Of a DNA stretch of 64,000 nt, positions 27,898 through 64,000 are shown one piece after another (position 1 is the first letter of the stretch; every line of letters starts with the position of its first letter). The stretch is from positions 2,108,001 through 2,172,000 of the forward strand of contig CM035361.1 of assembly GCA_020137815.1 (NCBI GenBank), written 5' to 3'. The notes under the pieces were generated by a model. It was not told the DNA's origin. It ran no database searches and saw only the letters and a program-made list of their open reading frames with translations. This DNA comes from Hormiphora californensis. Taxonomy: Eukaryota > Animalia > Ctenophora. The position numbers and the translations under genes are program-made.

Positions 27898-28500
27898 GAA
27901 ATCGAGAAGAAAACATAAAATATGGGGCCAGAAATCACTCAAACTTGCTGATTTATCGCAAAAATAAGGTGACCCGAATTAGCCGCTTTGCCTGTGACCC
28001 GAATTACAAACATGACCCGAATTAGACACACTGTTTTGTGACGTCATTTTGGTAAATCAATAATGACGTAATTCCTTCAAAAACTTAGCCAATAAGTGCT
28101 GAATTATCCCATTGGATAAAATCATATGTTTTCTTCTCGAAAAAATTCCGCAAATTCACGGGAATACCAATTGAATCCAAAATCGGGAAATGAACGATAT
28201 TCCGTATTTCAAATTTTCCCGCCAAATCTTGTTACATTAGAATGGCCCGAATTACAAACAAGTGACCCGAATTACCAACTGACCCGAATTACCCCCTCCT
28301 ACCCTATGGATTCAAAGCTATGCCAACTATGATCAGTGATATTGTAACTCACAAATAAATGGCACACATGCTAGTACAACAGTTGATTATAACTCAAGAA
28401 TAGGTTACCAAGAAGAAGCAGCTACAAATTGAAACTAATTTGTACTAGGCACCAAACGAGAATGCTCTAATTGCATATAACGTCTCGGATTAATACGGTA

Positions 28501-28672
28501 CAGTCGGACCCCGACTTACCGGGCCCCGATTTACCGGAACCCCGATTTACCGGGAGGATAGACTTCCCCCGATATAGGAAATTAACGGTATTTGACCCCG
28601 ATATACCGGGCACCCCGATTTACCGGGCAAAACCCTTTCCCCCGAGCATCCCGGTAAATCGGGGTCCGACTG
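28501..28672. mobile_element. MITE of the CAGTCGGACCCCGA family
   Basis: TA-flanked TIRs. Confidence 0.85.
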
Positions 28673-28873
28673 TAGTTGAAAAACTGAAAAAGTGCTCACA
28701 CCTGCTTTCTACTTTCATGATGCTTATGCAAATCCTACACATGGACAGACCAAAACACAAACTTCAAGAACTGCAGGGCCCGGGATAAGGATTGATAATT
28801 GAGGATGCGAATTGGCGCTATATCACCAATCACCATGGACACCACAACCGGGAATAATTAAGTAGTTACTCAC

Positions 28874-29069
28874 CCATGTTCATGAGCCTAACGGCCCGAT
28901 CTCTCACACTCTGCCTCCTCCTCCTAGTGCACCTATCCCTCTCCCTCGGTCTTCCCCTCTCCTCCACAGCACCTCTCCTGGCATGCCTCGCTCCTCCAAT
29001 CCGCAAATCAACTCCAAACAACATCTCTAACAACCAACTATTACCCGCTACAGTCGCCACCACCTCCAT
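28874..29069 (-). CDS. Candidate further exon (MEVVATVAG...RRRRQSVRDRAVRLMNM), phase-1 donor
   Basis: Open frame ending G|GTGAGT; partner exon uncertain. Confidence 0.3.
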
Positions 29070-30306
29070 TATTATAATAGAGCTCTCTAATTCCAAGGGG
29101 TGAAGTGGTGTGGTAGTTGCAGATTTTTATTGGGAATCAGAACCGGACCGCTGAACGAAACTGATAGATAGAGAAAGAGACCGCAGACTTGGTGCGACGT
29201 CCCCAGCCTTCCAGATGAGGTCATGGATGTACGTATAGATGAGAGAGAAGGAGTGCCGTCCCTTTTTCAGTCCCAATTCCCTTGTTCTCTTTCTATAATT
29301 CCTCGTCGTATCTTCCACCTTAGTTCATCCACCTCAAAACCTCATTCACACTCAGAGAGAAGGAGAGAGGGAGGGATAGGTCACAGGGGGAGAGAGGCAG
29401 TAATTTTGATGTACACCTGTATACAAGATTCGTATCTTTGTCTGTCCCCCGTCATGTGGTTTTGACTTTTGTGAATTAATTGACGAAACGTAAGCGCTTG
29501 AAGAAGACCTGACTCGACGGACATACCAAACACAATTAGTATAACTACAGATTAGGCGTAGGAACAGTTTCATGTTGACTATTTATTGATGGTACACTGC
29601 TAATTTCTGAACTGAACTTCGAGCTGAGCTGCCATGCATTAACAAAGTCGGGAAGTTCTCACCTAGACAAGCACTGCGGGTACAGCCGAAAACAAACATG
29701 CAAACACACCTAGTAACCACACACAAACACTACAGTGCAGGTGCTTCATACTTCCGGTGTCCAAGAGCTGCCTGGTACTTTCAGGACAATGCTCTGACCA
29801 GTCTGATACAAGTCTTGAAAAAAACAGAGCTTTGAGGAGTCAAAAAATCTTCTCCAAAGCCTTAATGTCAAACTAATGAACTAAAAAACTGTAAAAGATA
29901 TTCATTTGGTGCCAGTGGCAGCAACCCTCAATAGTAACATATTATCTAGTAAAGGCGGAAGTGGAACAACTATCCAACTTCAAAACACAACAAAACATGA
30001 ACTGTAAGAGCTATCAATTTGGAATTACTAATTGAGCATTATCCAATTATACAGATTTCTAGGGAAGAGTGGTACACTATAGTTGGCACGCTCTGCAGCA
30101 AGCTGCAAGTTACAGTGTACGCCACATGATGGCGTGAACTTTGGAGACACTATAAATAAACTAACAATGGTTTTACATGAGACAGAGATGGGAGACACTA
30201 GAGAGAGAGAGAGAGATGTGTTTTGTCTGTGTTTTCTCACAATGGAAGTGAGAGATATAGAGTGAGTAGAGAGAGAGGAGAGAGAGAGAGAGAGTGAGAT
30301 AGAAGA

Positions 30307-30357
<51 letters not shown>

Positions 30358-31988
30358 TGTCGTTATTTTAGGGTGTGAAAAAGGTTGCACTACCGATGCA
30401 TATTATAGCCTCTATGGCTACTGCAAGCTGTGTTAAATTATACCGATATACCACAAAGTTGCCGATAATTTATTTCTGGTTACATTAGCAAACAACAAAC
30501 CCATTTGAAATAATTTTTTTGAACTTCCTACACATGCCTCCCTGGATTTTGGAAAAGAAGAGAAGGGCAAGCTATTGTGGCAGCTAAAGACAAGAGCTGC
30601 AGAGGGCGTATTACAATGTGAGCAAAAGACAAGTGTAAATTTGCACGTGGTCATTAGAGCAGGGGATACCATTGTGTCAAAATCTAAAGGGGAAGAAAAC
30701 CCTGGAACACACTTTTGCTCTAATTTATACTTGTGACGCAAGCTAATATCAGAACTGAATTGTACTTTCAAGAGGAAATCAGTAACAGAGTGTATGATGT
30801 TTACAAGCTGTACATGATAGTATGCTTTAATTAATTTCAGTGGCACTGGTACAGCTAACATGTATGTATTTCTGGTAACTTGTAATGAGCGGAAAAATCT
30901 TGGAATGAGATCAAAGCCAACCTCATAGTGGTACTCAACTTGTTGATTTGTGTTTAATTTTAGACAGCTGCTGCGGCCTGCATGGCAGTCATCAAAGAAC
31001 TGGCACTTAGTAAGAGACAGGTTAAGAGAGAGAGAGAGAATCAAGAGGGAGGAGTATATTATGCTGTATTGCTGTCGGGAATCCCCCTCAGGGCCCCTAA
31101 AAGCATTTCCGAATACGGTATTACCGTTTAAACGGTTCATTCACATGTAACGGTGCACTCGCACTTACGGAATTCTGTGTACTATTAATATAATTGTAGC
31201 TACTCTATTCTCTAAATCTAATGTCCCAAAATCAAGTAAAGATTGCAGCTCAGGGTAAAATGAATCGCACTTTTAACCGGAACCTAATCTATTCGGTAGC
31301 AGAGGGATAGAGAGATAATTCAATAATTCATATCATTTCATAGTCATATAGGGATTGACTGTGAGTAGGAAATGAAATTCAGATCTTTTGTCAAATGTCA
31401 AGATATGATCCTATTGAGAGGTTGGCGCAGGCAGTACATGGATATCACTAGAGGGAGTCTGAAAGTGAACCCACTTTATACCAAGTCATTTTATATTGGC
31501 TAACATGTTAGCGCTATCTGCAGAAGGTATCGTGTCATGAGTCAAAATTGAGCGATCTTTTAACCACTTTTGGGTTTTGATAGCTTATCAATTATCATGG
31601 ATCATCTCATTTGTATAACAGCCCGGCACGTAGACACGGAGCAGGATGAAGTGAGATGGAGAGATCTGGAGAAGGAAGAGAGGAAGATAAATCTGAAAAA
31701 AGGAGGAAGAGAGATGGAGATAGGGACAGACATGGATAGACAGATCCAGAGCGATATAGAGCTCAGTTGTTCTCTCCCCGCAACTACCGATATCTTGTTA
31801 AATTCACCAATTCGAAGGAACCAGTTGACTTGACCCCCCACTTGACTGCAGCAAAGCACGAAATGATAGTAAAACTAATGCACATAGCCAGACTGAAAAA
31901 GTAGGTTTGTAGTAGTGCATCTGCCAATGACAGTGCCACTAGCAGCAGCAAGGAAGCAGCCATGCAGCCTTCACGCTTCATTAGCAGT

Positions 31989-31989
<1 letters not shown>

Positions 31990-32075
<86 letters not shown>

Positions 32076-32188
32076 GAGAGAGAGAGGATAGAGAGAGAGA
32101 GATAGAGAGAGCTCGAGAGCTCTCTCTAGCTCGCGGCGCGATGCTCGCCTCTTCGCGTCTCGGCCCTCTCTCTCTCTCTCTCCTCTCG

Positions 32189-32251
<63 letters not shown>

Positions 32252-32630
32252 GCTCTCTCTCCTCTCTCTCCTCGCCTCTCTCGCTCCTCGCCTCTCTCTC
32301 TCTCCCTCTCTCCCTCTCTCTCTCTCTCCCTCCTCTCTCTCTCTCCTCCTCTCTCTCCTCTCCTTCTCCCTCCCCTCTCTCTCGCTCTCTCCTCTCTCTC
32401 CTCCCTCCTCTCCTCTGCTTCGCCTCCTCGTCGCTCTCGTCTCTCGCTCTCTCTTTGTTTTTTCCTCTCTTTCTTTTTTTTTTTCCTTCTCTCTTCTCTT
32501 TTTTCTCTCTTTTTTTTTTCCCTCTTCCTTCCTTCTTTCCCCGTTTTTTTTCTCCTTTTCTCTCTCTCTCTCTCTCTCCTCTCTCCTCTCTCCCTTTTTC
32601 CTTTCTTTTTCTCCTTTCCCCTCTCTCTTG
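31990..32630. repeat. Degenerate (GA)n/(CT)n low-complexity tract
   Basis: Direct reading. Confidence 0.9.
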
Positions 32631-33150
32631 ATACTCGAGAGCTATATATATCGCTAGCCTATATATATCAATGCCAGCGCTATCAGCGTTCATCTAGCGA
32701 TGGAGAGAGAAGATCTATAGATAGATATAGAGAGAAAGCGATCGATAGATTTGCCCTTGCATTTGTTGTCATCTTCGAGGGCCACCATAGACAATATAGT
32801 ACACTCTCCCTTCCATTTCATATGCTTTTTCTTTCTACACAGCCTGAACCGCACAAGCAAGCCTATCACGATTATGATTTGAAAAACTCAACAAAAACCA
32901 TACTTGACAGAGTATAACATATGTATAATGACATACTGCCTACGGTACGTTTGAACTTTGAAGACACATTGAGGACACATTGAGGACACGTTGAGGACAT
33001 ATTGTGGACATATTGTGGACATATTGGACCTCAATTTGTCATTGGTCACAGAGCCTACAGATTGGCTACTCGGTTAATTACTCATCTAGCAGATCTCTAC
33101 TCAGCTACTATTTGATGCTCAGTTGCAGCTAATTGACAAGATTTAGTTGA

Positions 33151-33852
33151 CAGGGGTGGCCCCAGCAAGGATATTTTGGGGGGGTGGTCAATCCCGAAAC
33201 CGAGTGACCGAGGTGCCGCGAAGCGGCGCCGAGGGAGCTGCGGCAGGGGGTTTGGGGGGCGCAGCCCCCCAACGGGGTCCAGGGGCAGAGCCCTTGGCGG
33301 GGGCTAGGGGGCGGAGCCCCCGGAAAATTTTTAGATTTTTGATGAATTTTGAGCAATCTAGAACCACTTTTTGAACAATTTTCAGCCATTCAAGACTTTT
33401 AGCGACCGAAAAATTTTAAGTTTGATGAATTTTAAGCAATTTAGAACAATAGAATAACGATTTTCAGCCATTGGTGTGTGTTAGGGGGCGAAGCCCCCGG
33501 AAAATTTTAGATTTTTGATGAATTTATGCAATCTCAATCAAATTTTTGGACAGTTTTCAGCCATTTGAGAAAAATCTTCAACCATATTTAGCCCTCGTTA
33601 TGATGGAAAGGGGCGAAGCCCCAGGAAAATTGTAATTTTTATGAATTTTAAGCAATTTAGACCGATATAATATCGATTGTCAGCTATTGGTGTGGGTAAG
33701 GGGGCGAAGCCCCCGGAAAATTTTGATTTTTGATGAATTTCAAGCTATTTAGAACACATTTTTCAACCATTTTACCACCCCCGACAACCCCTATCTGAAA
33801 ATGTTTGGGGGGGTGGCCACCCCCCCACCACCCCAGGCTGGGGCCACCACTG
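33151..33852. mobile_element. hAT-type MITE with internal tandem repeats
   Basis: 8-bp TSD TTAGTTGA on both sides; TIR CAGGGGTGGCCCCAGC / GCTGGGGCCACCACTG. Confidence 0.9.
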
Positions 33853-35015
33853 TTAGTTGATACAGGAAGTTTGCTGGAAGATCCGTAGACAAGCTCACTA
33901 ATTGAGCTGCATCGAGATATCAAGATTTGGTTAGAACTAGAAGTTGGCTGGTAAAACTTTCCGGTAAAACTTCGACAATTCGTACCAAGCTTACTCGGAG
34001 CCAACCCATTGCATGGCACAAGCTACACTTTCTCGTTCTCTCTCTCCATCTCTCTCTCTCCATCTAGTCTCCTTCAACACCAATCAGACGAATTGCTGGT
34101 AGATGGAGTCGATACACTCAGCATATATTATACGAATAAGATCTTATATTAGTGATAGAGACAGCAGATATATAGAGAGAGATAGCTAAGAGAGATGCCG
34201 AGGGGGAGAGTGAGAGACAGTGGTCAGGGATAAAGGGACAAAGAGAGCGAGAAACACAGGACAACAATCAATAATCATTGGCCTGATTGCCTTAAATGAT
34301 AACAAATTAAACAAGACTGTAGCTTTCAGTCAGGCATCCTGCTGACCCGCGCTTTGCCCCTGTTATAAGTGGAGCAAGAAGAGCGGTCAGGCTGACATTT
34401 TTAGCGATAAATATTCCGTAGACAATATTTTAAACGTTCCAGCATATGTTCAGGTCTACTGTGGCCCAGCCTATATACCTAAACAGCACGGTACACAAAC
34501 TAAATAAATTCTGAACCTGCACACAAACTGTGAAATCTGTACCGGCTAGACAGCAGCTCTTTCCGTCTACACGCCCCCTACAACGCTCCTATGAAGTAGG
34601 TAACATAGTGGCGAATATATTGCAATTTGCTGCATACGTAATAAAAGTGTTGGACAGACAGACAGAGCTGTCTGTCAGACATGTCAGAAAGACAGCTTTG
34701 TCTGTCTGTCAATTTGTGTGTTAGAATGTGTGGCGTTACTCTGGGGTGCTGTCTCACATTCTAAAATTCTGGCGGTGTAGACCCGATCTGAGCGTACTGT
34801 CAAAACGGATCCACAAAACAGCTAAAACCCAAGCTCACATTGAGCTACCGAAAATGAAGGTTGAATGAACTGCTCTACACTAGAGACTGGAACTGGAAGG
34901 ATTGCAGCTAAAGTTGAACGTGTGTGTCACTTTCTAGTGGTCCAGAGTGAAGTGACGACAGTACTTGGCGGCATACTCCCTCCCTCCCTATCTCTTTCTC
35001 TCTCTCCCCTCCCTC

Positions 35016-35104
<89 letters not shown>

Positions 35105-35993
35105 TTTTTCTAATCCAGCGCCTAGTACTACCTATCCCTTTGCTGGCCAGCTAATTCTGACATAAAGCAGAAAAGGGTGGCGTCATTCTACACACAGTTT
35201 TCCAATTCTAAATCTACCTGACTCAGGACCTTCTTCCACCTAGAATGCTAATGGATATCGGGTACCACTGCCAGTAGTACATCCAAACACAGCAGTGAGC
35301 AGTTTGGTCTATAATCTACCTATTTTCATAGCTACCATTTATTAGCGGTGTACTGCATGTCTATGCCAGATTCCAGATTTCCGTTGGATCCTCTGTCTGT
35401 TTCCATCGTGAACCTTGTGCCAATGCCCTTGGCTGATCCGGATCGAGAGGTCGATGCAGTAATATTCAGTATTCCTGTATCCTGCGGAAAGGGATGGGTC
35501 AATAACTGTTCCTGTGCTTGACAGTAGGTACTCTGTTTAGGGACACACTGATCTAGAGGGGCAAAACAGCCAGGTTACTGAACTCGAGGGTCTCATCTAA
35601 ATTTCTATAGCACTAAAAAGGTGCCCACTCTTTCAATTTGAGCCACACAAAAACAATCAATTGATGCCAAAGCATTGATCTGGTTTAATCCGACAATGAG
35701 GCTGTTTTGCCCCTATAATAATAATTTTACTAAAAAACAGAATATTTGGTGAAGGGGTTGTTAAATGAAATAAACGAATAAAACAGCAATACACAACACA
35801 ACATATATTCAGAGTAACTAACTAACACGTGCTTAGTTGACCTGCATGTCTGGCGGCGCCGTTCTGATTCTCAGCATACTGCAGCAACAGTACGCTCAGA
35901 TCGGGTCGGCGCCGCCAGAGAGGTATTATAGTTGACCGGTTACACTGCCCCTCACAGCTCAGCCGTTAACTCTGTGAGTGTGAGCGTGAAGAC

Positions 35994-64000
<28,007 letters not shown>

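Larger units (their letters stand above)
25757..28304. mobile_element. Non-autonomous DNA transposon with TIRs and subterminal GACCCGAATTA repeats
   Basis: TA|GGGTAGGCGGGGGTAATTCGGGTC ... GACCCGAATTACCCCCTCCTACCC|TA. Confidence 0.75.

Noticed and set aside
33129-34019. ORFs over the hAT MITE
   Set aside because: GC-rich MITE sequence with no transposase motifs.
35218-35482. Extra terminal LYST exons
   Set aside because: Splice-like signals are present but every frame stops early, and LYST can already terminate at 35994.

Overview
Eukaryotic (animal) genomic DNA with short GT-AG introns and many microsatellites and MITEs. The repeat at 8828-8901 resembles a repeat I recall from Pleurobrachia ctenophore sequence; this attribution is unverified. 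Left to right: (1) a 4-exon + strand gene for a small secreted 14-Cys peptide (827-2099). (2) A minus-strand gene whose eight constant exons (8595->2802) encode a Q/P-rich region plus a two-TM hairpin resembling TMEM100/PIRT. Upstream of it (8932-23044) lie at least eight separate ATG-bearing modules, each ending at a phase-2 GT donor that fits the same constant exon in frame: a candidate variable-N-terminus cassette system. (3) The 3' part of a LYST-like BEACH/WD40 gene on the minus strand (64000->35994). Its introns hold an antisense single-exon MATH-BTB gene, an antisense spliced pentraxin gene, a 23-copy tandem array of its own 3' splice site plus exon start, and deeply nested mobile elements (long palindromic MITEs, a tRNA-derived SINE-like insert, an ORF1-only LINE). 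Exon models were read by eye from splice signals and reading-frame phase; there is no expression evidence.
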